Assembly (NCBI GenBank): GCA_963707915.1
Contig: OY970178.1
Location: 736,001 to 800,000 of the forward strand
Direction: 5' to 3'
Origin: Candidatus Eiseniibacteriota bacterium
Lineage (GTDB): Bacteria > Eisenbacteria > RBG-16-71-46
Length of the DNA stretch: 64,000 nt
The position numbers and the translations under genes are program-made. Under the pieces are notes generated by a model that was not told the origin of the DNA, ran no database searches, and worked only from the letters and a program-made list of their open reading frames with translations. Shown one piece after another: positions 1-10,092 of this stretch (position 1 is the stretch's first letter; every line of letters begins with the position of its first letter).

Positions 1-2
1 GC

Positions 3-1415
3 GATTCGTCCACCGGCGCCACCCTGGACGTCGAGAACCCCCGCCACGGCCGCACGATGGGCCGGGTGGTCGTCTCGCCCCCGGCCGACGTGGACGCCGC
101 CGTGCAGGCGGCCCGTGCCGCCCTGCCGGGCTGGCGCGCGCTGGCGCTGCGCGAGCGCGCCCAGGTGCTCTACCGCCTCAAGGCCATCCTCGAGCGCGAC
201 ATGGAAGAGCTGTGCTGGCTGCTCTCCGCCGAGAACGGCAAGGTCTACAGCGAGGCCCTCGGCGACGTCGGCAAGGGCATCGAGTGCATCGAGTTCGCGG
301 CCTCGCTCGCGATGGGCGGCGCCGGACCGCAGCTCGACGTGAGCCGCGGCGTGAACTGCAAGGTCAGCTACGAGCCGCTCGGCGTGGTCGCCGGCATCAC
401 GCCGTTCAACTTCCCGATGATGGTGCCGCTCTGGATGATCCCGAATGCGCTGATGGGCGGCAACGCCTTCATCCTGAAGCCCGCGTCCAGCGTCCCCTTC
501 GGCCCGACCCGCATCGCCGCCGCGTTCGAGGAGGCCGGCCTGCCCCGGGGGATCCTCAACATCGTCAACGGGCGCCGCGAGGTGGTGAGCGCCATCGTCC
601 AGCACCCCGGCATCGCCGCCGTGCAGTTCGTCGGCTCGACCGCGGTCGCGAAGAGCCTCTACGCGCAGGGCGCGTCCCTCGGCAAGCGCATGATGTGCCT
701 GGGCTCGGCGAAGAACCACGCCATCGTGGTGCCCGACGCCGATCCCGAGCTCACCGCCTCGACCATGGTGGCCTCGGCGTACGGCTGCGCGGGCCAGCGC
801 TGCATGGCCGCCACGCTCATGGTCGCCGTCGGCGACGTGCAGCACATCATCGACGACATGGCCCGGCGCACGCGCCTGCTGAAGCTCGGCCAGGACATGG
901 GCCCGATCATCACCCGCGAGGACCACGCGCGCATCCTGGCGCACATCGACCGGGCCGAGGCGATGGGCGCCCGGATCCTGGTGGACGGCCGCAAGGCCAC
1001 CGTCGACGGCTGCGCCGGAGGCCACTGGATCGGCCCGACGCTCCTCGATGGCGTCACCCCGGACATGCCGTGCGCCCGCGAGGAGATCTTCGGGCCGGTG
1101 TTCGGCATCGTGCACACCCGGACGCTGGACGAGGCCATCGACTTCGCCAACGGCAGCCCTTACGGCAACGGCGGCGCCATCTTCACGCAGAGCGGCAACG
1201 TCGCCCGGATCGCGGCCGAGCGGCTCGACGTCGGCATGTTCGGCGTGAACATCGGCATCCCGGTGCCGCGCGAGCCGTTCGCCTTCGGCGGCTGGAAGGA
1301 CAGCGGCTTCGCCCACATGGACATCACCGGCCTGGACGGCTTCCGCTTCTGGACCCGTACCAAGAAGACCACCGAGAAGTGGGCGCAGCAGGCCGGCGGA
1401 TCGTGGATGTCGTGA
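3..1415 (+). CDS. mmsA: CoA-acylating (methyl)malonate-semialdehyde dehydrogenase, 5'-truncated by the window edge
   Basis: ALDH motifs ITPFNFP, FVGST, GCAGQRCMA, EEIFGPV and GVNIGIPVP (MMSDH-type). The frame is open back to position 3. Confidence 0.9.
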   Translation, partial: DSSTGATLDVENPRHGRTMGRVVVSPPADVDAAVQAARAALPGWRALALRERAQVLYRLKAILERDMEELCWLLSAENGKVYSEALGDVGKGIECIEFAASLAMGGAGPQLDVSRGVNCKVSYEPLGVVAGITPFNFPMMVPLWMIPNALMGGNAFILKPASSVPFGPTRIAAAFEEAGLPRGILNIVNGRREVVSAIVQHPGIAAVQFVGSTAVAKSLYAQGASLGKRMMCLGSAKNHAIVVPDADPELTASTMVASAYGCAGQRCMAATLMVAVGDVQHIIDDMARRTRLLKLGQDMGPIITREDHARILAHIDRAEAMGARILVDGRKATVDGCAGGHWIGPTLLDGVTPDMPCAREEIFGPVFGIVHTRTLDEAIDFANGSPYGNGGAIFTQSGNVARIAAERLDVGMFGVNIGIPVPREPFAFGGWKDSGFAHMDITGLDGFRFWTRTKKTTEKWAQQAGGSWMS

Positions 1416-1547
1416 GCCCGGCCCGCCGGCGGGGCGGGGCGCTTCGGCTGGACCGGTAGGTTCACGCGCGTGGCATCGCCGGCGTCCGCGCGACGGCTTC
1501 GATCGGCACGGGCTCGATCGGTTTACGTCTCACTGGAGGCTTCCGCC

Positions 1548-2936
1548 ATGCGGGTGCTCATCAAGAACGGCACCGTCACGACCTCGGTCGACTCCTGCAA
1601 GGCCGACGTATGGATCGACGACGGGACCATCGTCGCGGTCGCCGCCCCCTCGGCCCGCGCCCGCTTCGAGGCGGACCGCGAGATCGACGCCACCGGCAAG
1701 CTGGTGATGCCGGGCGGCATCGACGTCCACACCCACCTCGACATGCCCTTCATGGGGACGGTGTCCAAGGACGACTTCGAGACCGGCACGATCGCCGCGG
1801 CCCACGGCGGCACGACCACGATCATCGACTTCGCCATCCAGGCGCGCGGCGCGGCGCTGCGGGCCGGCCTCGACGCCTGGCACGCCAAGGCCGAGGGCAA
1901 GGCGGTCATCGATTACGGTTTCCACATGATCATGTCCGACGTCAACCCGGCCACGCTCGACGAGATGCAGGGGCTGGCCGGCGAGGGCATCACCTCCTAC
2001 AAGCTGTTCACGGCCTACCCGGGCGCGCTCTACTCGGACGACGGCCAGATCCTCCGCGCGCTGCAGCGGGCCCGGGAGGTCGGGGCGCTGGTGCAGATGC
2101 ACGCCGAGAACGGCATCGCCATCAACGCGCTCATCGAGCAGGCCGTCGCGCGCGGCGAGACCGCGCCCCGCCACCACGCCCTCAGCCGGCCGGAGATCGC
2201 CGAGGCCGAGGCCACGCACCGTTCGCTGTGCCTCGCCGAGATCGCGGGCGCACCCATCTACATCGTGCACCTCACCGCCACGCGCGCGCTCGAGGCGGTG
2301 ACGCGCTTCCGCGAGCGCGGGCTGCCGGTGTACGCCGAGACCTGCCCCCAGTACCTCTATTGCTCGCTCGACGACATCTCGCGCGAGGGGTTCGAGGGCG
2401 CCAAGTTCGTCTGCAGCCCGCCGGTCCGGCCGAAGGCCATGCAGGACGACCTCTGGCGCGGCCTCGCGAACGGCAACCTCCAGGTGGTGGCCACCGACCA
2501 TTGCCCGTTCGACTTCGCCACCGACAAGCAGATGGGGCGCGAGGTGTTCACCCGGATCCCCAACGGCATGCCGACCATCGAGACGCGGCTGCACCTGCTG
2601 TGGGAGGGCGTGCACACCGGCCGCATCACCGCGCAGCGCTTCGTCGACGTCGTCTCGACCGCCCCGGCGAAGCTGTTCGGGCTCTATCCCCGCAAGGGCA
2701 CCATCGCCCCCGGGGCCGACGCCGACCTGGTGGTCTGGGACCCCGCGAAGCGCCAGGACCTCTCGGTCGCCCACATGCACATGCGCGTCGACTACTCACC
2801 CTACGAGGGCAAGGTGGTGCAGGGCGCTCCCGACCAGGTCCTGTCCCGCGGCCGTGTCATCGTCGACGGCGGCACGTTCCTCGGCCAGCGCGGCACCGGC
2901 CGGTTCCTCAAGCGCGCGGCGTTTTCGCCCATCTAG
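1548..2936 (+). CDS. hydA: Dihydropyrimidinase
   Basis: PGGIDVHTH, GGTTTIIDF, HAENG, ETCPQY, ATDHCPF; GGAGG RBS before ATG 1548. Confidence 0.93.
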   Translation: MRVLIKNGTVTTSVDSCKADVWIDDGTIVAVAAPSARARFEADREIDATGKLVMPGGIDVHTHLDMPFMGTVSKDDFETGTIAAAHGGTTTIIDFAIQARGAALRAGLDAWHAKAEGKAVIDYGFHMIMSDVNPATLDEMQGLAGEGITSYKLFTAYPGALYSDDGQILRALQRAREVGALVQMHAENGIAINALIEQAVARGETAPRHHALSRPEIAEAEATHRSLCLAEIAGAPIYIVHLTATRALEAVTRFRERGLPVYAETCPQYLYCSLDDISREGFEGAKFVCSPPVRPKAMQDDLWRGLANGNLQVVATDHCPFDFATDKQMGREVFTRIPNGMPTIETRLHLLWEGVHTGRITAQRFVDVVSTAPAKLFGLYPRKGTIAPGADADLVVWDPAKRQDLSVAHMHMRVDYSPYEGKVVQGAPDQVLSRGRVIVDGGTFLGQRGTGRFLKRAAFSPI

Positions 2937-2945
2937 GAGAGCACG

Positions 2946-3818
2946 ATGAGCCCTGTCGTCCGCTGTGGCCTGATCCAGTGCAGCAACCCGCTGAACGATC
3001 CGTCGCGTCCGATCGCCGAGATCCAGCGGGCGATGATCGACAAGCACCTGCCGTTCATCGAGGCGGCGGGGGAGAAGAAGGTCCAGATCCTCGGCTTCCA
3101 GGAGATCTTCAACGGGCCGTACTTCTGCCCGAGCCAGGACCCCCGGTGGTACGAGGCGGCCGAGCCCGTCCCGGGGCCCACCACCGAGCTGATGGCGGGC
3201 TACGCACGGCGCTTCGAGATGGCGATGGTGGTGCCGGTGTACGAGCAGGCCGCGCGCGGCGTGTTCTTCAACACCGCGGCGGTCCTCGACGCCGATGGCC
3301 GCTATCTCGGCAAGTACCGCAAGCAGCACATCCCGCACGTCGCCGGCTTCTGGGAGAAGTTCTTCTTCACCCCGGGGGACGGCGGCTACCCGGTGTTCGC
3401 CACGCGCTACGCCCGGGTCGGCGTGTACATCTGCTACGACCGCCACTTCCCCGAGGGCGCGCGCTGCCTCGGCCTGAACGGGGCCGAGATCGTCTTCAAC
3501 CCGAGCGCGACCGTGGCAAGCGTCTCGCGGCACCTGTGGAAGCTCGAGCAACCCGCGCACGCGGTGGCCAACGGCTACTACGTGGCCGCGTCGAACCGCG
3601 TCGGCACCGAGCCGCCGTGGAACATCGGCCGCTTCTTCGGCAACTCGTACTTCGTGAGCCCCCGTGGCCAGATCCTCGCCGAGGCCAGCGAGGACCAGGA
3701 CGAACTGCTGGTCGCCGACCTCGACCTCGCCTTCATCGACGAGGTCCGCAAGTCCTGGCAGTTCTACCGTGACCGTCGGCCCGATGCGTACCACGAGATC
3801 GAGCGTCGATTCTCGTAG
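2946..3818 (+). CDS. Nitrilase-family beta-ureidopropionase (N-carbamoyl-beta-alanine amidohydrolase)
   Basis: E-K-C triad motifs FQEIF, YRKQHIP, ICYDRHFPE; adjacent to hydA. Confidence 0.88.
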   Translation: MSPVVRCGLIQCSNPLNDPSRPIAEIQRAMIDKHLPFIEAAGEKKVQILGFQEIFNGPYFCPSQDPRWYEAAEPVPGPTTELMAGYARRFEMAMVVPVYEQAARGVFFNTAAVLDADGRYLGKYRKQHIPHVAGFWEKFFFTPGDGGYPVFATRYARVGVYICYDRHFPEGARCLGLNGAEIVFNPSATVASVSRHLWKLEQPAHAVANGYYVAASNRVGTEPPWNIGRFFGNSYFVSPRGQILAEASEDQDELLVADLDLAFIDEVRKSWQFYRDRRPDAYHEIERRFS

Positions 3819-3881
3819 CCGCGGGCCCGCCGGCGCCCGCGGTGGCGCCGGTCCCCCGGCTTCGGCGACTGGAGAGTGGTG

Positions 3882-5201
3882 ATGAACACGCAGGAGATGA
3901 TCGATCTCTGCAAGCAGCACACGATGTACACCTGGGCGGCCACCGACCAGGTCACGCCACTGCCCGTCGCCCGCGCCCAGGGCGTCTACATCTACACGCC
4001 CGAGGGCCGGCGCATCCTCGACTTCAACAGCGCAGCTGATGAGCGTGCTCATCGGCCACCACCACCCCCGCGTCATCGCGGCGATGAAGGCCCAGCTCGA
4101 CGAGCTGATCTACGCGTACCCGCAGACCGCCACGGCGGTACGCGCGCGGCTGGGCAAGCTGATGGCCGAGGTCATCCCCGGCTTTCACACCTTCTTCTTC
4201 ACGCTCGGCGGCGCCGAGGCCAACGAGAACGCCATCCGCGCCGCGCGCCTCTACACCGGGCGCCAGAAGATCCTGAGCCGCTACCGCAGCTACCACGGCG
4301 CCACCAACCTCACGATGCAGCTCACCGGCGACCCGCGCCGCTGGCCGAGCGAGCCCGGCTCCCCGGGCATCGTCCGCGTGATGGACCCGCAGCCCTACCG
4401 GTTCTCGTTCGGCAGGACCGACGAGGAGAAGACCGCCGCGAACCTCGCCTACCTCGAGGAGATCATCGAGTACGAGGGCCCGCACACCATCGCGGCGATG
4501 ATCATCGAGACGGTCACCGGCACCAACGGCGTGCTCCCGCCGCCCGCCGGCTACCTGCAGGGCCTCAAGCGGCTGCTCGAGAAGCACGGCATCCTGCTGA
4601 TCTGCGACGAGGTGATGTGCGGCATGGGCCGCACCGGCAAGATGATGGCCTACGAGCACGGCGGCATCGTTCCCGACATCGTGCACGATGGCCAAGGGGC
4701 TCACCAGCTCCTACTTCCCGCTCGGCGCCATGGGCGTCTCCGACGCCATCGCCGCGCACTTCCGCAAGAACGTCTTCTGGGGCGGCCTCACCTACAACTC
4801 GCACCCGCTCGGCCTCGCCACGGCGGAGGCGGTCATCCAGGTGATGATCGACGAGAAGATGATCGAGAACGCCGCCCGGCTCGAGCGGGTGATGCGGCGG
4901 GAGATGGACCGGCTCCAGGCGAAGCACCGCTCGGTGGCCGAGGGCCGCTGCATCGGCCTGTTCGGGATGATCGACATCCGCAAGAACGCCAAGCGGCGAC
5001 TCGATCGCGCCGTACAACGGCAGCCACCCGGCCATGGCGAAGCTCCAGGCGTTCTTCCGCGAGAACGGCCTGTTCACCTTCGTGCGCTGGTCCAGCTTCA
5101 CCTGCAAGCCGCCGCTGTGCATCACCGAGGAGCAGCTGCTCGAGGGCTTCGAGATCATCGATCGCGGCCTCGACATCACCGACGCGGCGTTCGAAGGATA
5201 G
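3882..5201 (+). CDS. Class III PLP aminotransferase (probable beta-alanine transaminase), split by three apparent single-base insertions
   Basis: Consecutive frames give GAEANENA, SYHG, ICDEVMCGMGRTG and MAKGLTS. Shifts lie near 4032, 4684 and 4994; the final TAG is at 5199-5201. Confidence 0.82.
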
Positions 5202-5282
5202 GAGAGAAAGGCGTGACCGCAACACCCCGGTGCGAGCTCGCGGCAGAGACCGTGACTTCCCCGCTCCACGGCCGCAACCCCC

Positions 5283-6677
5283 ATGGCGATTTCGCACCTG
5301 TCGGGAGGTGACGTGCTGAAAGCCGCAAGACGGACGACCCAGAGGCTCAAGAACCTGACGGACATGGAGGTCGGGTTCACGCTGTCCCAGGCCATCGCGG
5401 AGGCCTCGCGCTGCCTGCTGTGCCACGACGCGCCGTGCTCCAGGGGTTGCCCCGCCGGCACCGACCCGGGCACGTTCATCTGGAAGCTGCGGGTCCGGAA
5501 CGTCCGCGGGGCGATCCGGACGATCCGGCAGAACAACCCGCTGGGCGGGGTCTGCGGCGTCGCCTGCCCGGTCGAGCGCCTGTGCCAGAAGAACTGCAGC
5601 GCCACCGGCATCGACCGGCCGATCGAGATCGGCCGGCTCCAGCGGTTCCTGGTCGAGCAGGGCTGGGGCATGGGGTTCGACCCCATCGCCCAGGCGCCAC
5701 CGCGGAAGGAGTCCGTGGCCATCGTCGGGTCGGGCCCCGCCGGGCTCACCTGCGCCGTGGAACTGGCGCGCGCCGGCATCCAGGCCACGGTCTTCGAGGC
5801 CCGACCGCGACCGGGCGGCGTGCTGCGCTACGGCGTGCCCCGGTTCCGCCTGCACGAGGAGTTCCTCGACCGCGAGCTCGAGGACGTCCGCAAGCTCGGC
5901 GTCACCTTCCGCTGCAACACCACGATCCAGCGCGACCAGGCGGGACGGCTGCTCGAGAAGGGCTACGCCGCGGTGTTCATCGCCCCGGGGGTGTGGGAGC
6001 CCCGGCGCCTGCCCCTGCCGGGAGCCGGCCTCCGGAACGTGACCACGGCCACCGAGCTGCTCGCGGGGGTCCGCGCCGGCGCCGCGGCCGCGGTCGCCCG
6101 GATGGTCCGCAAGAAGAACGTCGCCATCATCGGCGGCGGCTCCGTCGCCATGGACGTCGCCAGCACCTGCAAGGCCCTCAGCGCCGCCAAGGTGTACTGC
6201 ATCTGCCTCGAGAGCCTGGCCGAGATCCCGGCGTCGAAGGCCGATCTCGGCATGGCGCTCGAGAACTTCGTGGTCGTCAAGCCGCAGGCGCAGGTCACGC
6301 GGATCCTGGGACTGGCCGGCAAGGTCACCGGCGTGCAGGGCATCGAGACCGTGTGGAAGCGGCCCGGCTCGTTCGCGCCCGCCAACGCCCGGCCCGTGCC
6401 TGGCACCGAGTTCAAGCTGCGGGTCGACGCGGTGGTCTTCTCGATCGGCTCCGGCCCCGCCGCGGAGGGCCGGGAGCTCGCCGCCGGCCTCAAGACCGCC
6501 CGCGACGGGCTGATCCAGACGAAGCGGGACGGGGTCTCCACCTCGAAGCCCGGGATCTTCGCCGGCGGCGACATCGTGCGCGGACCGGCGCTCATCGTGA
6601 ACGCCGTGGCCGACGGCAAGGCGGCCGCGAAACGCATCCTCGAGTCGCTGGGCGCGGGGGAGAACCACCATGACTAG
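5283..6677 (+). CDS. preT: NAD-dependent dihydropyrimidine dehydrogenase subunit PreT (GltD-like)
   Basis: RCLLCHDAPCSRGCP, CGVACP, GSGPAG, GGGSVAMD, FAGGD; overlaps preA. Confidence 0.85.
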   Translation: MAISHLSGGDVLKAARRTTQRLKNLTDMEVGFTLSQAIAEASRCLLCHDAPCSRGCPAGTDPGTFIWKLRVRNVRGAIRTIRQNNPLGGVCGVACPVERLCQKNCSATGIDRPIEIGRLQRFLVEQGWGMGFDPIAQAPPRKESVAIVGSGPAGLTCAVELARAGIQATVFEARPRPGGVLRYGVPRFRLHEEFLDRELEDVRKLGVTFRCNTTIQRDQAGRLLEKGYAAVFIAPGVWEPRRLPLPGAGLRNVTTATELLAGVRAGAAAAVARMVRKKNVAIIGGGSVAMDVASTCKALSAAKVYCICLESLAEIPASKADLGMALENFVVVKPQAQVTRILGLAGKVTGVQGIETVWKRPGSFAPANARPVPGTEFKLRVDAVVFSIGSGPAAEGRELAAGLKTARDGLIQTKRDGVSTSKPGIFAGGDIVRGPALIVNAVADGKAAAKRILESLGAGENHHD

Positions 6678-7911
6678 TCACCGGGACCTCAGCGTCGAGA
6701 TGTGCGGGGTGACGTTCCCCAACCCGTTCATGCTCTCGTCCTCGCCGGTCTCCAACACCGCCGAGATGATCGGCCGCGCGTTCGATCACGGTTTCGGCGG
6801 CACGGTCTACAAGACCATCGTCGACGACAAGACCAAGATCATCCACCCCTCGCCGCGGATGGCGAGCTACGACGTCGGCACCCGGCGGATCGTCGGCGTG
6901 CAGAACGTCGAGCAGACCACCGACCGCTCGCTCGCCGACAACCTGGCCGACATCCGCTACCTCAAGAAGAACTGGCCCCGGCACGTGCTGATCGTGAGCA
7001 TCATGGGCTTCAGCGAGGACGAGTGGGTCATGCTCGCCCGGGCCAGCGAGGACGCCGGCGCCGACATGGTGGAGCTCAACTTCTCCTGCCCGCACATGAC
7101 GGTCGAGGGGTCGGGGATGAAGGTCGGGCAGGCGATGGAGCTGGTCGAGCGGTTCACCGCCGCCGCGCGGCGCGCCATCCAGGTCCCGATCCTGGCCAAG
7201 CTCACCTCCAACGTCACCGACATCACCGTGCCCGCGCGGTACGCGAAGAACGGCGGCGCGGACGGCATCACCGCCATCAACACCGTCCGGGCCCTCACCG
7301 AGGTCGGGCTCGACGACCTGGTCCCCAGGCCGAACGTGTTCGGCAGGGGCGCGATGAGCGGCTACTCGGGGCCGGCGATCAAGCCCATCGGACTCAAGTG
7401 CGTCACCGAGCTGGCCAAGTGCGCGGAGCTGGGCCTGCCGATCTCGGGCTGCGGCGGCGTCGAGACCTGGGTCGACGCGGTCGAGTACCTGGCCTGCGGG
7501 GCCTCGACCGTCCAGATGACCACCGGCGTCATCCACTACGGCCAGCGCATCGTCGAGAGCCTCAACGAGGGGCTGGCCGACTACCTCGACCTGAAGGGAC
7601 TCGCGAGCGTCGGGCAGCTCGTCGGCGCCGCCCTGCCCAACGTCCATCCCACCGACGCCTTCGACCTCACGCGCCAGGGCGTGGCCGACTACGACCTCAC
7701 GCGCTGCGTCGGCTGCGGCCAGTGCTTCATCGTCTGCCAGGACGCCGGCGGCCAGAACCTGCGATGGGACGACCGGAAGCGGCGGCCGATCCTCAACGAC
7801 GAGGGCTGCCTGAGCTGCATGGTCTGCAGCTTCGTCTGCCCGGTCGACGGCCTGATCACCTACCGCGAGGTCAAGGACAAGAAGGCCGTCGTGCCGCCGG
7901 TCTCGGTCTAG
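6670..7911 (+). CDS. preA: Dihydropyrimidine dehydrogenase subunit PreA
   Basis: NPFMLSS, ELNFSCPH, AINT, SGYSGPAIKP and a C-terminal 2x[4Fe-4S] motif pair. Confidence 0.92.
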   Translation: MTSHRDLSVEMCGVTFPNPFMLSSSPVSNTAEMIGRAFDHGFGGTVYKTIVDDKTKIIHPSPRMASYDVGTRRIVGVQNVEQTTDRSLADNLADIRYLKKNWPRHVLIVSIMGFSEDEWVMLARASEDAGADMVELNFSCPHMTVEGSGMKVGQAMELVERFTAAARRAIQVPILAKLTSNVTDITVPARYAKNGGADGITAINTVRALTEVGLDDLVPRPNVFGRGAMSGYSGPAIKPIGLKCVTELAKCAELGLPISGCGGVETWVDAVEYLACGASTVQMTTGVIHYGQRIVESLNEGLADYLDLKGLASVGQLVGAALPNVHPTDAFDLTRQGVADYDLTRCVGCGQCFIVCQDAGGQNLRWDDRKRRPILNDEGCLSCMVCSFVCPVDGLITYREVKDKKAVVPPVSV

Positions 7912-7922
7912 CGGGAAGACGA

Positions 7923-9950
7923 ATGGCTCGCGCCGCGATCGCCGCGATCGCTGCAGCACTGGCGTGGGGACCGGGGGCTGCCGCCCAGCCACCGGCGCCC
8001 CGCGCCGATTCCGCGGTCGTGCAGCTGCCCGAGGTCCTCGTGCGGGGCTCGCGCCCGGTCGTCACGCCGGGCGGGGCGGGGGCGATCACCGCCGCACTCG
8101 ACTCGATCCCGCTGACGCCCGACCCGACGATGGAGGAGGTGCTGCGCGCGCTCCCGGGCACGCACCTGCGGACGAACTCCCGCGGCGAGGCCGAGGTCAC
8201 CGTGCGGGGCTCCGAATCGCGGCAGGTCGCCGTCCTGCTCGACGGCGTCCCGCTGACCTTCGCCTGGGACGGCAGGGCGGACGTCTCCGTGATCCCGGTG
8301 CTCGCCGTCCGTGAAGTGACGCTGGTGCGCGGCCTGTCCTCGCTGTCCCACGGACCGAACACCCTGGGCGGCGTCGTGGAGTTCGACACCCGCGACCCCG
8401 ACCCGGCCGGCGTCCGGCGCGAGCTGCAACTGCGCAGCGGCGTGGACCAGTTCGGCGCCTACGGCGTGGCCGCTTCCGTGGCGGCGCCGCTGCGCCTGCG
8501 CCCGGGGGTCTTCACCGCCCGTGCCGGTGCGGGGTTCCGTGACTCCCCGGGCCAGGGGCTGCCCGGGACCGTCGCCGAGCCCGTGCCGACCGGCCGCGGC
8601 ATGCGCCGCAACACGGACGTCCGGCAGGCCAACGGTTTCCTCTCCCTGCGTCTCGACACCGACGGCGGCGCGTTCCTCTCGCTGCTCGGCACCGGCTACC
8701 AGGCGGAGCGCGGCATCGCCGCCCAGCTCGGAGTCGCCTCCGCCCGGTTCTGGCGCTACCCCAGGCTGGCCCGCGGGATCGGCATCCTCTCCGCGGGCAG
8801 CGGGCGGCACCCGATGCCGTGGGGCGGGCGCGCCGACGTCCAGGTCAGCGCCGGGCTCGACCGGGGCCGGACCGAGATCGACGCCTACTCCTCGCGGCAG
8901 TACTCCACCGTGACCTCGCAGGAGGACGGCGAAGACCGGATCTGGACCCTGCGCTCCGTCGCCTCCCAGTCGCTCGGGCAGCGCGCCAGCCTGGCGCTCG
9001 GGTTCTCCCGCGGCGACATCCTCCACGACGAGGTCCTGGACGGCGTCCTCAACCCCTACGAGCAGCATCTCTGGGACGCCTTCGGCCAGGCGACGATCGG
9101 CCTCCCGGGCTTCGGTGCGGCGCGGCGTTTCGACCTGAGCCTGGGCACGGCGCTGGACGGCGCCAGCACGCCGGTGACGGGGGACAAGCCGTCGCTCGGG
9201 GACCTGCAGCGCTGGGGCGGGCGCTTCGGCCTGGCCGTGCATCTCGACGGCGGGACGACGGCCCACGCCAGCGTGAGCCGCAGGGCGCGCTTCCCGTCAC
9301 TGCGGGAGCTGTACTCGGGCGGACTGAAGCGGTTCGAGCCGAACCCGGCGCTCCTGCCCGAGAACCTGCTGGCCGTCGAGACCGGCGTCACCTCGCGTAC
9401 CGCTCACGGCGACCTGCAGCTGGTGGGGTTCCACCACCTGCTCTCGGACGCCGTCGTGAAGGTCCGTCTGCCGGGGCCGGCCAAGATGGATCAACGCGTG
9501 AACCAGCGGGGCATCCGCAGCACCGGCGCCGAGGCGCTCGCCTCCCGGGCCTTCGGCCGGCTGGAGCTCGGCGGGGACCTCGTGGTGCAGAGCGTCCGGG
9601 TGCTCGACCCGGCGGCCGGGCTCGCGCGGCCGGAGAACATGCCCGGGGTCATGGCGGGCCTCCGCGCGCGCGCGCCGCTCGCGGCGGGGTTGTCGGTGGC
9701 GACGGAGGTGCGTTTCACCGGGGAGCAGTTCGTGCTCGACCCCGACTCCGGTCTCGAGTCCCGGCTGGCCCCGGCGGGGCGATGGGACCTCGAAGTCTCC
9801 CGCGAGTGGCCGCTCGGCGCCGGGACCGCGTGGTTCGACCGCATGCAGGTCCGCGCGTCCCTCGACAACCTGACCGACGCCGTCCAGTACGATGCCTTCG
9901 GCCTTCCGCGACCCGGCCGGACCCTCCGAATGGACGTCTGCGTGAACTGA
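7923..9950 (+). CDS. TonB-dependent receptor
   Basis: Signal peptide, plug motifs (VRGS...VLLDGVP, GPNTLGGVV), RFPSLRELY, and C-terminal DNLTD...PGRT. Confidence 0.85.
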   Translation: MARAAIAAIAAALAWGPGAAAQPPAPRADSAVVQLPEVLVRGSRPVVTPGGAGAITAALDSIPLTPDPTMEEVLRALPGTHLRTNSRGEAEVTVRGSESRQVAVLLDGVPLTFAWDGRADVSVIPVLAVREVTLVRGLSSLSHGPNTLGGVVEFDTRDPDPAGVRRELQLRSGVDQFGAYGVAASVAAPLRLRPGVFTARAGAGFRDSPGQGLPGTVAEPVPTGRGMRRNTDVRQANGFLSLRLDTDGGAFLSLLGTGYQAERGIAAQLGVASARFWRYPRLARGIGILSAGSGRHPMPWGGRADVQVSAGLDRGRTEIDAYSSRQYSTVTSQEDGEDRIWTLRSVASQSLGQRASLALGFSRGDILHDEVLDGVLNPYEQHLWDAFGQATIGLPGFGAARRFDLSLGTALDGASTPVTGDKPSLGDLQRWGGRFGLAVHLDGGTTAHASVSRRARFPSLRELYSGGLKRFEPNPALLPENLLAVETGVTSRTAHGDLQLVGFHHLLSDAVVKVRLPGPAKMDQRVNQRGIRSTGAEALASRAFGRLELGGDLVVQSVRVLDPAAGLARPENMPGVMAGLRARAPLAAGLSVATEVRFTGEQFVLDPDSGLESRLAPAGRWDLEVSREWPLGAGTAWFDRMQVRASLDNLTDAVQYDAFGLPRPGRTLRMDVCVN

Positions 9951-10092
9951 GACGGCCGCGCGGGCCCCCACGATCACCGTGCCGCGAATGCGATCCCGAA
10001 GCGGCCGGCGGCGGCGACGCCGGGCGTGACGCGCCCGCGTCCCGTGCCGCCGGCACTCCCAGCGAATCCCGACGAGAGGAGAGACGACACCG

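Noticed and set aside
6702..9950. 1082-aa ORF as one protein (likewise 43262-47017 and 52170-56798)
   Set aside because: The N-terminal parts are off-frame overlaps with the upstream genes; the real starts are internal.
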